This document shows, in pieces, positions 11,109 to 29,345 of a stretch of DNA of 64,000 nt (position 1 is its first letter; every line of letters begins with the position of its first letter). The notes beneath the pieces were generated by a model. That model saw only the letters and a program-made list of their open reading frames with translations, was not told the DNA's origin and searched no databases. Source of the DNA: Escherichia phage vB_EcoM-RPN226. The stretch lies in the sequence record OL770073.2, one strand, 5' to 3'. The translations under genes and the position numbers were made by a program.

Positions 11109-13088
11109 TTAACCTGCAAGACCAGTTAACTCATCGAAATCTGCACCAGTAGCAGTTGCGACGAAATTAAGTTGGATATAATTTATACTACGAGCCGGTT
11201 GAATGTAGAATGTTGCAACAAACTCATTTCTATCAATTACTGACGGAGTGTTATTTGTTGTATCGCAAACTACACGATATTCATAAATTCCACCGAGAGC
11301 TTTAATTCCCTGCAAGTACTGGGAAGTTTCTGTGCGGAACGATGAACGAGTAAACGCGTTGTTTAATTCGAACAAACGATATTTTGAACTACGTCCGATA
11401 TTCGTTTTTAACATATTAAACAGACGACGAACGTTAATACGATCAAATGGAGAAGGAACAGAAGTAGCTGTTTTATCACCATACAATACGTAACCATCAC
11501 CACCTGTACCGGTTACCGGGTTGATAGCTTCTTGATATAAACGGTCGCGCTGCGCCTGGCGAGTTTCAATAGCAAGTTTAATAACGTTAAGAATCTGGCC
11601 ACGATTATAACCAGCTGGAGACATCCAAGTCTGAGAAACGTTATCAGTTCTTGCACACAAACCAGCAATATCAGCTGCTAATGGAACCCAACGATTCACA
11701 TCATTATATTTGTCATACTGATACTTGTAGTTACCATCGATTGCTGCATAGGTTGAACTGATATTAAAGTTGTTATCAGTGTATGAACCTGCTGCAGTTC
11801 TCCAATTGACTAAGTTATCAACAGCACGAGTTACAGGAATTCCAACTACAGTTTCACGCGGTGGTGAGCACAGTACTAAGCAATCTTGGCGAGCATCACC
11901 AATTGAAACGACGTGTTTTTGGACAGTAGATGCTGTTTCTAAAGATTCGCCGGCGCAAGAACCCGCAATAAACAACTGAACGTCAACAGATTCACGGTCA
12001 GCAAAGAAGTCCCAAGCTTCCATCAAATCTCCTGCTGTCACTTCAGCATTTGATGATAATCCACCAGACAGAGTTAAAATTCCAGAGAAGCCTTCTGGCC
12101 AGTTTTGCGCAGTTGCAAAAATATATTCTGAACCACCTTTTGCGAAAAAGTCATCAATATAGATGTTACTATCGTAAATATCTTTTTCACCACGCTTTGT
12201 TGAAAGAACAACGCTTTGAACAATAGCATCATTGCGACGAACTATAATAGCGTATTGTGAATCAGTTTGTGGTCCATATCCAAACACTGCCTTGGCAGTA
12301 GATGCGCGGGTTCCGCCGCCTGGATAAATTGGAAGTAATGCAGAAGCCCCTTTTGCGTAGTCAGCTTTAGATACGATTTCAATTTCGATTTTATCGCCCA
12401 ACTCGCCTGGATAAAGAGCTACTACTCCTGGAATTCCATATTTTTCGAGATTTGCTTGAAAGTCAACAGCTGTCATAGCAGCTTCGGCATTTTCAATTTC
12501 AGCTAATAAAATACCAGAATCAGTAATAATTTTTCCAAGAGTTATTACTGCAGCTAAACCAGAGGAAGACGAAGAAATTTCCGCGGTCCAGTTAGAACCT
12601 AATGCTGGATATTCGCCTACTTCTTTCGCTTTAGCGATAATTTTTGCGGTAGGAATATTAATTTTCTTAATTTTTCCATCAGCATCTACTTCGGTAACTT
12701 TACATTCTGTTTCAATGTCTTCTGAAACATACTTAACCGTGATTTTATCTCCAACCGCGTAGTTACTACCTGGGGTAGAAATAGTGTATTCAATATTACC
12801 GGCAATCGGAGATGAGTTTTTAGCGGTATCTCTATCGACAGCACGCACAACTCGCAAATCATTTCCGTATTGTAAGAAATTCATTGCAGACATAAAATAG
12901 TCAGCAGTTTCAGCTGTAGGTTGACCAAAAGTATTAACTAAATCTACTTCGTTTGTAACCTGTTTAATTTGAAAAGCAGGACCCCACTGGAATTTACCGG
13001 CCAAAGCTGCTGTACCAGTAGAGTTATTAACCACGGTGCTTTGAACCGTAGTTTCTTTGAGCTCAATGCCCGGAGATAATAAAGTCAT
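11109..13088 (-). CDS. 18: tail sheath protein gp18
   Basis: 659 aa, matches T4 gp18 length and order. Confidence 0.95.
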   Translation of the reverse strand: MTLLSPGIELKETTVQSTVVNNSTGTAALAGKFQWGPAFQIKQVTNEVDLVNTFGQPTAETADYFMSAMNFLQYGNDLRVVRAVDRDTAKNSSPIAGNIEYTISTPGSNYAVGDKITVKYVSEDIETECKVTEVDADGKIKKINIPTAKIIAKAKEVGEYPALGSNWTAEISSSSSGLAAVITLGKIITDSGILLAEIENAEAAMTAVDFQANLEKYGIPGVVALYPGELGDKIEIEIVSKADYAKGASALLPIYPGGGTRASTAKAVFGYGPQTDSQYAIIVRRNDAIVQSVVLSTKRGEKDIYDSNIYIDDFFAKGGSEYIFATAQNWPEGFSGILTLSGGLSSNAEVTAGDLMEAWDFFADRESVDVQLFIAGSCAGESLETASTVQKHVVSIGDARQDCLVLCSPPRETVVGIPVTRAVDNLVNWRTAAGSYTDNNFNISSTYAAIDGNYKYQYDKYNDVNRWVPLAADIAGLCARTDNVSQTWMSPAGYNRGQILNVIKLAIETRQAQRDRLYQEAINPVTGTGGDGYVLYGDKTATSVPSPFDRINVRRLFNMLKTNIGRSSKYRLFELNNAFTRSSFRTETSQYLQGIKALGGIYEYRVVCDTTNNTPSVIDRNEFVATFYIQPARSINYIQLNFVATATGADFDELTGLAG

Positions 13089-13116
13089 TTTTAATCCTCT
13101 TTAATATGCTTTAATA

Positions 13117-16257
<3,141 letters not shown>

Positions 16258-16298
16258 GATTTCTCCTAATCTGGGCTTTAATTAGTTTATAATATTTA

Positions 16299-18809
<2,511 letters not shown>

Positions 18810-18822
18810 TTAAAAATCCTTT

Positions 18823-18838
18823 GGGGCCTTGCGGCCCC
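18823..18838 (-). terminator. hairpin between wac and gene 13
   Basis: GGGGCC-TTGC-GGCCCC stem-loop followed by T-rich run on minus strand. Confidence 0.5.
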
Positions 18839-18841
18839 ATG

Positions 18842-20299
18842 TTATGCTGGTGATAAAAAGGTAGAAAGTAGTACCCATTCGCCGTCTTTACGAACGTAAG
18901 CTTGGCCATCTTTTGGAGCTTCAGGAATATAACCTGCTTCCTGTAAAGTCTGAACATCCCCCTGTAATGAAGATACATTACTTTTAATACTATGCATTTC
19001 TTGATTAATAGAAGAAATGTTAGTTTCATTAGCTTTTATTGAATTAGTTAATCCGCGCTCTTCTACTGTTGAACCATTTGGATTTGTGCCGCTTACTAGT
19101 TTATTTAGTGCAACAACTTGGCCTTTAATTCCAGTAGTGTTATTACCAATTTCAACTTGTAAGTTTTGAACATCATTGTTCAGTCTATTAACTGAAGTTT
19201 CAACAGTTGAAACCCTATTTAAAAGAGACCCAGGAGGAGAAGGCTGACCTCCACTAGAATCAGTTCCAACGATTTGGTTTAGCCATGAAACGTTTGCTCG
19301 TAGTCCAGATGAAGTGTTTTCACCAACAATTCCATTTAAAAACTCAATTGATGTTGTATTATCTTTAATTTGACCTTTAATACTAGAAGGAATATCATCT
19401 GAGCCAATTGACGTTTCAATGACAGTCAATCGTTGTTTAATACCTCCGCTTTTATTTAGTTCATCATTTAAAGCTGAAACTTCTCGTGTATTAGTGTTAA
19501 CATCTGTGATTATTGAAGTATTTCCTGGATATCCAATAGAAGTTTTGATAGATTTAATTTCGGAACTAAGATTAATCTGCGATTGATCTAAATTATGAAC
19601 ACGTGAATATATGCTTTCACTGAATGAAGATGGTCTTTGTCCAAGCTCTTGTCTAAGATTTCCGACTTCAATTGTCAGTGAACCTACATCAGATTCAATA
19701 AATTTTTCTTCCAAATCACTTAGACGTATTCCTTGGGAAGTTATAGCATCTGTATTATTAATGATGCGGTGCTTCATACCCGTGCTGCTATTTCCTACAA
19801 CAGGAAGACCATTAATATCTTGCCCAGCATATTGTCCTAATTCCCTTTTAATCCATAACAAATCATTTCTAATCGTTCTATAAACTGAATTTGCTTGCGA
19901 ATTAAATGGACCAATATCAGAAAGAATATTATCAACCGTAGTATTTGTGCCATTTAATATATCAGTATGTTCATTCGTGAGTGTCTTTAAATTTGATATA
20001 TCATTTTTATTAACACTGATCTGTGATAGCGCTTCTATATCTCCTGATACATCTAAAATGTCTTGAATGGTTTTAATATCTTCCTGAGATGTTTCAATGG
20101 CAGTTTTAAGAATTCCTACATTTTCGTCGAGAACCTCGACATTTTTAAACACAGAAACAGTTGGTCTATTCATTGACCCATCGTTTCCATACTTAGTACT
20201 AGCTCCTAATATTTCTTCACCATTTTTAATCCATGAAATACGTTCCTGACCTTCGCCAGGAACGCTATCAACAAAAGGTAACTCTTTTAATTCAATCAT
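18842..20299 (-). CDS. wac: fibritin (whisker antigen control)
   Basis: 485 aa, long coiled-coil repeats and C-terminal foldon-like [27 protein letters not shown]. Confidence 0.85.
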   Translation of the reverse strand: MIELKELPFVDSVPGEGQERISWIKNGEEILGASTKYGNDGSMNRPTVSVFKNVEVLDENVGILKTAIETSQEDIKTIQDILDVSGDIEALSQISVNKNDISNLKTLTNEHTDILNGTNTTVDNILSDIGPFNSQANSVYRTIRNDLLWIKRELGQYAGQDINGLPVVGNSSTGMKHRIINNTDAITSQGIRLSDLEEKFIESDVGSLTIEVGNLRQELGQRPSSFSESIYSRVHNLDQSQINLSSEIKSIKTSIGYPGNTSIITDVNTNTREVSALNDELNKSGGIKQRLTVIETSIGSDDIPSSIKGQIKDNTTSIEFLNGIVGENTSSGLRANVSWLNQIVGTDSSGGQPSPPGSLLNRVSTVETSVNRLNNDVQNLQVEIGNNTTGIKGQVVALNKLVSGTNPNGSTVEERGLTNSIKANETNISSINQEMHSIKSNVSSLQGDVQTLQEAGYIPEAPKDGQAYVRKDGEWVLLSTFLSPA

Positions 20300-20308
20300 T
20301 TGTAATCC

Positions 20309-21859
20309 TTAGTAATGAATTTTAATAATATAGTTTAATGATATATTCCATGGTCTAGTTTCATAACCAATTAATCCTTCACGATTAAGTGTACCAAGGG
20401 CATCTCTCGGTCCACCCAATTCAAATCCATCATTAGTGAAGTATGAAGCATTATCCCAGTCGGCATATTTTCTAGTTCCAAGATATCCTTGATAAACGGA
20501 CGCACCAAATGGAGCTTCATGTCTTTGGTATTCTCCCCAACCACCAGCATGTTTATGGTATGACATTTGTTGTGCCTGAACGCCACCAACATGCATTCCG
20601 TCGCATCCTACACCAAGTCTATCCTTCCCATAGCCATCTTGTCCTCGTTGATTTAAAATATGACCGCCCGTGCCAGCTCCTCTGACGAAAAGACCTCGCA
20701 TATCAGGAATGCCAGGGTTATTCCAATCACCACCAAATCTTGTTCCAACTGTGTTTCTATAATCAGGATATTGATCTCCTGACACTGTTCCACCATGGCA
20801 CATAATCCAACCCGGAGGTGCTGAATCTCCCGCAAACATCATAATAGTTCCAACTGGAACCCTTTCTGACGCATATCTTTCAGTGGCAACAGGTTGATCG
20901 CCATTTTTCCACATTCCGCCGCGCGACCAAATTCCGTTTGCTGTAAGATGGTCTAAATTTAAAGAACCATTAATAGTTTGTCCACCACGAGTATTAATTA
21001 CATCTGCGTTCCATGCTAATGCACCAGAGCTATCACCTTCAGGGGCAATACCGGCTTGCGTCGTTAATTTTACCACCCCACGCATAGAACCAGTAGCTCC
21101 TCGACCATTTAGTGTTTCACCTGTTACTGCAACATCTCCTAAATTACTGTTAATTTCCGATTGTGTTCCTAAACGTATAACACCCTTATATTCTTGTGTT
21201 GCAACAGAATTCATAAAGGTATACGGAGAAATTGCATATCCTTCGCGGAGAGTTCCTTGACGAGTTTGCGCAACAGTAGATAATTGAACTACACCTCTCA
21301 CAGATTCTGATGCAGTATCTTCGGAAGGAGCTATTTGTGAAATTAATTTTATTGCAAGTTTTTGCGTTTTTAATGGAGTCATTGCCGTAGTATCATCAAC
21401 TCCAGCTAAAGCTGCAGGTGTAGATGATATTTTAATAACCCCGTTTGATGACTCAGACGAATATCTATTTTGGAACACATCGTCAGTATGGTATTTCAGT
21501 TTTTGCGGCGTTATTGATGAATTATTATCTGAGCCTTCTAATGTTTCTTCATTTGTTGAATAGCGCGTTAAACCATACTTAGTTTCAGTAGCATTTGGAT
21601 ACAATAATCTTGTTGCTAATGTAGCTGGTGTAACGATTTTAGAATTATTAGTTCCATCTAAAACCTCTTGCTCTGACGCAATCATTGCTATTCCTTTAAC
21701 TTCCATAGTTGCATCAGGAATACCATTTATGCCGATATTACTTATTTTTGATAATGCAGACTGCACTGTCGTGACAGTGTCAGGAAAATTCGATCCAATA
21801 GGATCGAATTTAACATATTTTGATTCATTTGATACGTGCTGATATGTATTGTTACTCAT
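20309..21859 (-). CDS. 12: short tail fiber gp12
   Basis: 516 aa, position after gene 11, Ser/Thr/Gly-rich fibre-like composition. Confidence 0.85.
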   Translation of the reverse strand: MSNNTYQHVSNESKYVKFDPIGSNFPDTVTTVQSALSKISNIGINGIPDATMEVKGIAMIASEQEVLDGTNNSKIVTPATLATRLLYPNATETKYGLTRYSTNEETLEGSDNNSSITPQKLKYHTDDVFQNRYSSESSNGVIKISSTPAALAGVDDTTAMTPLKTQKLAIKLISQIAPSEDTASESVRGVVQLSTVAQTRQGTLREGYAISPYTFMNSVATQEYKGVIRLGTQSEINSNLGDVAVTGETLNGRGATGSMRGVVKLTTQAGIAPEGDSSGALAWNADVINTRGGQTINGSLNLDHLTANGIWSRGGMWKNGDQPVATERYASERVPVGTIMMFAGDSAPPGWIMCHGGTVSGDQYPDYRNTVGTRFGGDWNNPGIPDMRGLFVRGAGTGGHILNQRGQDGYGKDRLGVGCDGMHVGGVQAQQMSYHKHAGGWGEYQRHEAPFGASVYQGYLGTRKYADWDNASYFTNDGFELGGPRDALGTLNREGLIGYETRPWNISLNYIIKIHY

Positions 21860-22515
21860 GCTATTCTCTCAAAATAATAAAATACTGTAGGTTGTGTGTG
21901 ACTATCTAGCGTGACAGTTTGCGCACCTAATAATTGCCAAGTTCCGTATCCAGGTTTAGAAGGAGAAATTATTTCCTGTTTGAAAGTAATTCCTTTATCA
22001 GAGTATTGTTCTAAGATATGTTCTTGGTTATCTAAATACTTAACTTGTATTTTATTTCCTATGGTAGGATGGTCTTCAAATGAATCAATTGCAATAAATT
22101 TTGCAACCATTTCCTGTAGAGCTGTTCTAACGGCACTGGTAAATTCGATTGAAGTCATTCCGTTGGTAGCTTTAACAGGAATGCCAAACATGTTAACAAT
22201 AACTGGGTCACCCGGTTTGGCTGAAGTATCAGTAACAGTTCCTTCAAATGACCAATAGTCTGTTTGCTGCACGCCAGTAGGAGATACGCCGCTTATATTA
22301 ACTAATACAGCTCCAACTTGTTGCTCTGCCATATTTCTAACATCATTGATAGCAGATTCTACATTTGGGTCATAAAAACCCTTTGCTATTTGTGAAATTG
22401 TTACAGCGCCTACTGGCTGATTATTCATAACCGAAATATCATTTTTCTTAGTTCTAAAACCAAGAAAATCTGCTAAGCGGGAAATAACTCCCGCTTTATT
22501 ATTAAGTAAACTCAT
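21856..22515 (-). CDS. 11: baseplate wedge protein gp11
   Basis: start at [10 protein letters not shown] gives 219 aa as in T4; ATG overlaps gene 10 stop. Confidence 0.85.
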   Translation of the reverse strand: MSLLNNKAGVISRLADFLGFRTKKNDISVMNNQPVGAVTISQIAKGFYDPNVESAINDVRNMAEQQVGAVLVNISGVSPTGVQQTDYWSFEGTVTDTSAKPGDPVIVNMFGIPVKATNGMTSIEFTSAVRTALQEMVAKFIAIDSFEDHPTIGNKIQVKYLDNQEHILEQYSDKGITFKQEIISPSKPGYGTWQLLGAQTVTLDSHTQPTVFYYFERIA

Positions 22516-24320
22516 TATGCAATCCTTATCCAACGGTATACAGTAATAGACGGTTGAATATTACTAATATTAGCAGGAGGAGTATGTGAAGAGTTTGTTG
22601 TTGCGTAATCTTCACGGTATTTTGTATATATAGGACCAGTTTCATCTGGGTCATATTGGCAACCTCCAATAATAACCGATCCATTTTCGTCTTCAATTAA
22701 AACTCTTTCGTCGGTTTTAGTTGCAGGAAGATTTGCGTTTTCAAGCGTTACTGATGTTGTTCCAACCGTTCCACCGGCAGTATGTGAAGGATTTCCACTA
22801 GAATCTAAATCATTATTGTTTAAAGCAAAGTTTGGATCCGTAACATCATCATTCCATCCTACTAAAACTTGTCCTTTACCAAATAATTTCCATGAACCAA
22901 ATCCCATATAAGTCACCGGATTATTTGGATTTATAGCATTTTCATAAATTGAACCTACAGGATAAATGCTATCGAAAATAGATGATATTGAATTATACGT
23001 TCTAGTATAAGAATCAACTTTTTCAACATTTGGCCAACCGATTTTATCGAAATCTGTTAAGGCCACATCACCAGTAACTTCAGTAGATGATCCTTTGCTA
23101 ACATAGCGGTCATCAGTCAATTCAATAATGTCATCTTTTTCTAAAAGAGTTCCTAAATCGTTATTGAACCATGTTATAACGATAATGTCACCTGATTCAA
23201 ATTTTCTATCAAATAAAAGACTGGTAGGTTTTCCATCTTCATATTCTATAGAATAATCTGTGTTTGATTCTTTCCATTCGCCACCAAGAGATATACATCC
23301 TTCTTGTGTATCTGAACTAGCGCCTTCACACAAAAACAGAGGATATCCAGCTGTTCCAGCCTGCTGCTGTAAAATTCCATTAAAACGAACCTCAAGAGAG
23401 TTAGGATTAATGGGTTCACCAGGAATTAATCCAAATGCAGAAAATGGAATTGATTTCATCGCCGATAAATCAGTAACATAAATGCTTCCTTCTAAAGAAG
23501 TCTTTGATGTTAGTTTTGAATCTAGTACTTTTATTTGGCGTCTAGTATATGAACTTCTCCATTGTGATACACCATCCATAAATGTTTCAATTTGAACAGT
23601 GTCACCAATATTACAAGGCTGTCTTAATCGAATATTAAATCCATCAAGAGGAACTAATTCGCCTTCATTTTCGCCCGGAGAGCCAAAGTCACTGTTTTCG
23701 CTAAATACATCACCGTAATACAATTCGTTACCACGATGTTTTACTCTGATGTTATTGACATTATAACTAGTTCCATTAAAAACATCTAAAAAGTCTGTTT
23801 GCCCTTGAACTTCGACTAAAAATTCTTTACGAGCTACATTACTAATGTCTGAACTAATAATTTTATCAATTTGCTTATTTTTGACATACTCCCAGCGTCC
23901 TGGAGCGCAATAAACGAGCTCTAAATCACTAAATTGAATATTAATTTCAACTGACGATGACGACCCTTTAATTGTATCTCCGGAAGCAGCTACTAAAGTA
24001 ACTGGATTGATGTTCCATGTAGCGAATACGTCTCTAGCTCTAATTACCTTGTTGTAATCATTAACAGTTCCTTTAGGAAGTTGTAGAGTTACTCTTCCAG
24101 ACGAAGTATTAATGGCATATGATTTTCCCCATTCTGCCGTTAGTGTTTGTCCAGATGAAGCATTATAAGTTTTCCAGGCACCGGCTGAATATGGAACATC
24201 TCCATCACCAAGTTCATAATAAAGTTCATCAAAGTTTTCATTTATTTTTATACCACCTTTACGCAGGTAGTCACCGGTACCATCATCAACAACATTACCG
24301 ATATTAATATTTTGTTTCAT
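22515..24320 (-). CDS. 10: baseplate wedge protein gp10
   Basis: 601 aa, order and length as T4. Confidence 0.85.
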   Translation of the reverse strand: MKQNINIGNVVDDGTGDYLRKGGIKINENFDELYYELGDGDVPYSAGAWKTYNASSGQTLTAEWGKSYAINTSSGRVTLQLPKGTVNDYNKVIRARDVFATWNINPVTLVAASGDTIKGSSSSVEINIQFSDLELVYCAPGRWEYVKNKQIDKIISSDISNVARKEFLVEVQGQTDFLDVFNGTSYNVNNIRVKHRGNELYYGDVFSENSDFGSPGENEGELVPLDGFNIRLRQPCNIGDTVQIETFMDGVSQWRSSYTRRQIKVLDSKLTSKTSLEGSIYVTDLSAMKSIPFSAFGLIPGEPINPNSLEVRFNGILQQQAGTAGYPLFLCEGASSDTQEGCISLGGEWKESNTDYSIEYEDGKPTSLLFDRKFESGDIIVITWFNNDLGTLLEKDDIIELTDDRYVSKGSSTEVTGDVALTDFDKIGWPNVEKVDSYTRTYNSISSIFDSIYPVGSIYENAINPNNPVTYMGFGSWKLFGKGQVLVGWNDDVTDPNFALNNNDLDSSGNPSHTAGGTVGTTSVTLENANLPATKTDERVLIEDENGSVIIGGCQYDPDETGPIYTKYREDYATTNSSHTPPANISNIQPSITVYRWIRIA

Positions 24321-25186
24321 TATTGAGCCACCCCGATTTTCTGCGTAGCGATAACTTTAACTGCTGCTCTCATACCGACAGTTGAAGAACTTATAGTCGC
24401 CGTTACATAATTTTCTTTAATACTAAATGCAATATTAGCGATTTCGTCTTCTTCGGTTTCATTCCCAACCCGCATGACAGCATATTCAGAAGAAATGACC
24501 GTTGAATTAACAGTATCTACAAGAATATTTATTTCTGCCGTTTTAATTTTTCTTCCATCTACCGATTGACACGTAACTAGTAATTTAGCCATATTGTATT
24601 CAGTACGATGAAATAATGGAATGTCAACTGATCCGGATGTAGAAATATTCCATGTACCTTCAGCCGGTGATTCCTTTTGGCCAAACATACTTTCAATAGA
24701 ATAATTCCAAACTGACGTAGAATTATCAGATGAAATACAACGTAAAGTAACTTTACTATATGGGCTAGTTACTACCAAATTACCTGAAACACCTTTAATT
24801 GAATCAATCGCTTGAATCGTTAAAGGATTGGTAACTGATATAGATCCATTTGAGTTAATAAATTCAACGCAATCACCAAGTTCGCCTCTTTCAATGATAA
24901 CTTTAACACCTACAGCAGAGGTATCAATATCGTGTCTAGTACCAACTTTCACCGGAGTTGCGTACTCTGTGATAGAATGCTTTTGATAATATCCAGTAGC
25001 ATGGATAATTTGGCCGTCAGCACCAGTACCATTTGCTACTGCCATTTTACGCTGATCGCCAAACGCGTTATAAATTGCATTAAAATCACTATTAATTTTA
25101 TTACCACCGTCGAATAAGATATCACCAGTAGAAGCGTTACCAATTTCGCCGGTATCAATCAATTTCTTTGGTTCTTGAATGAACAT
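24320..25186 (-). CDS. 9: baseplate wedge protein gp9 (long tail fiber socket)
   Basis: 288 aa, order and length as T4; late promoter at 25211-25218. Confidence 0.85.
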   Translation of the reverse strand: MFIQEPKKLIDTGEIGNASTGDILFDGGNKINSDFNAIYNAFGDQRKMAVANGTGADGQIIHATGYYQKHSITEYATPVKVGTRHDIDTSAVGVKVIIERGELGDCVEFINSNGSISVTNPLTIQAIDSIKGVSGNLVVTSPYSKVTLRCISSDNSTSVWNYSIESMFGQKESPAEGTWNISTSGSVDIPLFHRTEYNMAKLLVTCQSVDGRKIKTAEINILVDTVNSTVISSEYAVMRVGNETEEDEIANIAFSIKENYVTATISSSTVGMRAAVKVIATQKIGVAQ

Positions 25187-25210
25187 AGCGGTTTCCTTAT
25201 GAGTTTATAG

Positions 25211-25218
25211 TATTTATA
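25211..25218 (-). promoter_or_regulatory. late promoter (TATAAATA) for gene 9
   Basis: TATTTATA between palindromic hairpin and gene 9 start. Confidence 0.6.
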
Positions 25219-25226
25219 AAGAAAAA

Positions 25227-25244
25227 GGGAGCCCATGGGCTCCC
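25227..25244 (-). terminator. palindromic hairpin terminator after gene 8
   Basis: perfect palindrome GGGAGCCCATGGGCTCCC followed (minus sense) by TTTTTC and the gene 9 late promoter. Confidence 0.6.
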
Positions 25245-25249
25245 TTAAT

Positions 25250-26254
25250 TTAAAATGTAAACAGAATATTGATTTCTTCCGTTTGATCCATTGCCATAAT
25301 AATAGGTGGCCTATTTTCCATATAAATCATTTCGCCCGAATGCCTCATTAAATCTTCCGGATCATAATAATCCTTTTCAGCTTTAACGTTTGGGTCATTT
25401 GGATGAGCTTTAGCTTCAAGAGGATTCGTGATTATTGATATTTGCCTAAATCCTTTATTTCCCGGCAGTGCAGCTTCAGGAAAATAAACTGAATCTAAAT
25501 ATGCTTTAAAACGGATAGTATTTGCCTTAACACGGTAAATTAATCCAAAATCATCTTGCTGCCATGTGAGATTATCTTCATACCCCCATCTAGTCGGATC
25601 TTCTTTTAATTCCTCAGGCCAAGGAACCACGATATATTCATTCGTGCATCTGTTTATAGATACATCAGGCGGAATCTCAAAAAGATATTCCCATACATAC
25701 CCGTCTCCAGGTTCGATTGTTCCTTCCGCGTCTCCTCGACCTTCAGGAGGAGTCATTGACCTAACAGAAGGAGTCCATTTTCCACCTAGCTTAAGGCATT
25801 CATCCTTATTAGTTAAAGACTCAATTGAGCACATTCCAGTATCAGGAACATCTAAACAACGATATACTAACCAGCCTGCGCCTGATTCGGTAGCGTTGTA
25901 AGGAGCTGAGTTACACACTACAATATCGTTAATTCTAAATGTGTATGGATCCGGATATCTAGTATCTCCCCAATCTCGACGAGGAATAACTGCATCAAGC
26001 ATAGATGGAAGAACCTTCACGGTTCCCATCATATGAGTCCACATGTCAGTTACACCTAACACAGAATCGGTGGGATGAGGTGGGGCAAATCCCACCTCAT
26101 TTTCGTTTGATGACCACGGTTCTGATCTTCCAAATGTAATAAAGATAGTGTTTTTATCCGGACCACTTCCAATTGAATTATAAAAATTCAACATTTTTTC
26201 TGTTCTAAATTTTGAAGTAACTATCGCACGATAGATAACACTTGAATCATTCAT
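25250..26254 (-). CDS. 8: baseplate wedge protein gp8
   Basis: 334 aa, order and length as T4. Confidence 0.85.
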   Translation of the reverse strand: MNDSSVIYRAIVTSKFRTEKMLNFYNSIGSGPDKNTIFITFGRSEPWSSNENEVGFAPPHPTDSVLGVTDMWTHMMGTVKVLPSMLDAVIPRRDWGDTRYPDPYTFRINDIVVCNSAPYNATESGAGWLVYRCLDVPDTGMCSIESLTNKDECLKLGGKWTPSVRSMTPPEGRGDAEGTIEPGDGYVWEYLFEIPPDVSINRCTNEYIVVPWPEELKEDPTRWGYEDNLTWQQDDFGLIYRVKANTIRFKAYLDSVYFPEAALPGNKGFRQISIITNPLEAKAHPNDPNVKAEKDYYDPEDLMRHSGEMIYMENRPPIIMAMDQTEEINILFTF

Positions 26255-29200
26255 CTATTTTAACCTGTGTTGGATTTTCAGGGTCTCTTGGATTTCCTAT
26301 ATTATCTTTTAGACGTTTATTAACTAAATCTCTAAATTGCGCAAATGTTGTTCCAGATGCATCAAATAGAGGACTCATTAATTTACGTCGTTCAGATGGC
26401 AATTGACCTTGAAATATTGAATTGTTATTTTCAGCATTATAGTCATCAGGAAGAGGATATTCTACGCCAGCCATTGGGCCAGGCTCGTAAATTGCTTCGC
26501 CTGTTACTGAATCATGTTCGATTTCACCGGTTGGAGTTAATTTAGCTACTCTATCAGCATATTCAGTAGGCAATCCAGAATCCCATTTATAGTTTTTGTA
26601 TTTATTAATTATAGTCTCTGTATGTTTAAGAGTTAAACCAACATTAATAAACATTGTTAAAAGAGTAATTGCTATAAATCCAAATCCTACTGGATGAACA
26701 AAACGAATAACGTCAGATTTCCAACGGGAAGAAGGCAAATTGGATTTAATTTTCATTACATAATATGATCGACTTCTATTAATATAGTCTATATTATTTT
26801 GAAGCAAATCCTTCCCTTTAACTCCACGAATAATTTCGCCTTCAAAACTAGGAAGTCTTTCTGCTTTAACTTCTTGACCGGCAATCAATCTTCCCAAAAG
26901 ATTATGAATAGTTACGGTCCATTGCAATTTACCGTTAGAATAACTTCTTTCTATATAAGTAACATTACATCTTCCTGTAGCTGTATAAATTGTTTGTCCT
27001 ACTAAGTCTTCAGTCAAAGAATCAGATTGAACGATTATATCATATTCAGTACCAGCCCCAGATTCAATTTCAATTTCAACTTCTTCATTATAAAGAACTT
27101 TAAAAAGAAATTTGTACGATGCTTCAATTCCTTTAGTGGAATAAAAATCATAGCTGCGTGATTCGAAAAATCTTGCAACAGCATCGCGTTTGTCAGCATT
27201 CAAATAAATGTTTCTTTTATATATCTCTGACCACAAATATTCCCATGCATGCTCTTCTCGTGGATATTTGTTACGAATTAAATTTCGTAAATTGTTATAC
27301 TGAGTTCCATATCCATCAGAAAGATATTGAATATATGCTTCGCAAAATGCCTCAAAATTCGAATCCTGTAACAAATAAGAATCAGGCATCATTGTGCCAA
27401 TCAATGGTCTTAAATCAGGGTCAGCTAATCCACGCTCTTCTTCGGGCGACCAAGGAGTTTCATGCTCTTGGTTTTGTAAAAATGCTTTTAAAAATACTTC
27501 AGTTGGTTTCCAAATAATTTCTACGGTATCTCTAACACGATAGTTAAAATCATAGTAAGAAATTATTTCACCAGAGGCTTTATAGAAAAGCATCCCAGAT
27601 GCATATTTTTTAAATCCAGTGAATTTAACATTTGGCATTACTATAGTACAATCGCCATCATCCCAGTATTCATGAACTAATCTATCTGGTGATGTTTCAG
27701 GAATATTTTCTATAACTTTAGTGTATTTTAAATCAGCATAAACTACTACAACCCTATCAGAGTTGTTTATCCAACAACGTGTGTTAGATTTTTTAGACCA
27801 GTTAAAGAATGGTTCTGCATAGTATTTCATCGGCTGAGGAGTAAAAGTTTCCCAATCAGACTTTTCATCTGCTATAAATGCCATCATATGATAATGCTTA
27901 TCAGCTAGCCATTCACGAGGAAATTCATATTTAACAGCACCGATTAACTGATATTTCGCTGCAGTTTCAGGGTCATTAACAATGTTATCACTTAAAAATT
28001 TAAAATTACTCGAAGACAGAGAAACTAATTTACCATCAGTTGACATATTCGCATATCCAGGTTGAATACGTCTTCTTTCTTCTTCAGTGTTGCCAAAAAC
28101 TCTTTTCCATGTTTTCGTGGCATGATTTAAAACATATATTCCTTTATCGGCAGAATCAATTATTTTTGATGTTCTAGGATTAGCATTTAATGTTTCAACT
28201 TCTCCAACAATAAGAGCAAAAACTTTATCACCAATAGAATCCATTTTATAACATACTGCTTTAGGATTTCCAGTTATAGTCATCGTATCAGGTTCAAATA
28301 GCCTTTCCGAATATGTTGGAGATAATGGGTCAGAATCTATAGGTGCATTACTCGTTTTTATGTATCTAACTTTGTCTCTGGCGACAACGTAAATGTAATC
28401 ATCGGTGCAAGTAATAGCTTCTGCAATGCGGTATACATTAGCTGGCAAAGTCGCGTAAGTGGCAAAAATTTCTACATCAAATCCTAGATGTAATTGGTCG
28501 CCAAGTTTAGCAAATGTTATATCCTGCGAACTAAATCTGACATCATCAGCTGACCATCTAACATCAGTAGATTTGCGGCCATAGAAAATCTTGTCGTATC
28601 CTAGAACGTATGTTGTGTTTGCAGATTGGTAATATACTGTCTTAGATAAAGGATATCCTACGCGGTCATTGAAGAGTTTTACAGCTTTCCAAGTTTGTCC
28701 TTTATCATTAGATACTTTAACTACAGGTTGATAACGCTCAAAAAGATATAGAATCCCTTCTGATTCCATCAAATAAACTCGGTTAATATCCTTACATACT
28801 TGCTGAATAGAACCTTGTATTTCATGATACTCATTTTCACCAATAATAAAATTACTTATTGATGAAACATCAACATATGATGGGCTGAATTGAAACGATT
28901 CGTTCATCAATGCAGCCATTATAGTGTCATTGTTAAAATTGACATAGTCAGAATTATTAAGAGTAAATTTTTCCTGAATGAATTTATTAGCTAATTGCAT
29001 TTCAATCATGTTTTGAAATGTATAAGCGTTTGTAGCAAAAGTTTCAAACTCTTCAGTATAAATCCAATCAGACTGCTCAAAATCCTGCGCAGCTGTAGCT
29101 ACTCTAATAATGTACGATGTCAATGGATTAGCGTTATCAAAAAAGAAGCTGTTATTTGCAGTATATCCTAAGTTAATCCATCTGTATTGATTACTCGGGA

Positions 29201-29345
29201 GATTTTCCCCCGAGTTTGTTTTTGTCTCAGCGATTTCTACAAAATAGTAGAAATTAGCACCAACGTCATCCCAGCGTACTTGCACCTGATTTGCGGATAA
29301 CTTGGAAATTCTGAGACTAGTGACTGAAGGTGCTTTTACTGTCAT
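26247..29345 (-). CDS. 7: baseplate wedge protein gp7
   Basis: 1032 aa, order and length as T4. Confidence 0.9.
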   Translation of the reverse strand: MTVKAPSVTSLRISKLSANQVQVRWDDVGANFYYFVEIAETKTNSGENLPSNQYRWINLGYTANNSFFFDNANPLTSYIIRVATAAQDFEQSDWIYTEEFETFATNAYTFQNMIEMQLANKFIQEKFTLNNSDYVNFNNDTIMAALMNESFQFSPSYVDVSSISNFIIGENEYHEIQGSIQQVCKDINRVYLMESEGILYLFERYQPVVKVSNDKGQTWKAVKLFNDRVGYPLSKTVYYQSANTTYVLGYDKIFYGRKSTDVRWSADDVRFSSQDITFAKLGDQLHLGFDVEIFATYATLPANVYRIAEAITCTDDYIYVVARDKVRYIKTSNAPIDSDPLSPTYSERLFEPDTMTITGNPKAVCYKMDSIGDKVFALIVGEVETLNANPRTSKIIDSADKGIYVLNHATKTWKRVFGNTEEERRRIQPGYANMSTDGKLVSLSSSNFKFLSDNIVNDPETAAKYQLIGAVKYEFPREWLADKHYHMMAFIADEKSDWETFTPQPMKYYAEPFFNWSKKSNTRCWINNSDRVVVVYADLKYTKVIENIPETSPDRLVHEYWDDGDCTIVMPNVKFTGFKKYASGMLFYKASGEIISYYDFNYRVRDTVEIIWKPTEVFLKAFLQNQEHETPWSPEEERGLADPDLRPLIGTMMPDSYLLQDSNFEAFCEAYIQYLSDGYGTQYNNLRNLIRNKYPREEHAWEYLWSEIYKRNIYLNADKRDAVARFFESRSYDFYSTKGIEASYKFLFKVLYNEEVEIEIESGAGTEYDIIVQSDSLTEDLVGQTIYTATGRCNVTYIERSYSNGKLQWTVTIHNLLGRLIAGQEVKAERLPSFEGEIIRGVKGKDLLQNNIDYINRSRSYYVMKIKSNLPSSRWKSDVIRFVHPVGFGFIAITLLTMFINVGLTLKHTETIINKYKNYKWDSGLPTEYADRVAKLTPTGEIEHDSVTGEAIYEPGPMAGVEYPLPDDYNAENNNSIFQGQLPSERRKLMSPLFDASGTTFAQFRDLVNKRLKDNIGNPRDPENPTQVKIDE

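Noticed and set aside
20371-20835. Small minus-strand ORFs within the gene 12 region
   Set aside because: Alternative-frame ORFs nested in the short tail fiber gene with no start signals
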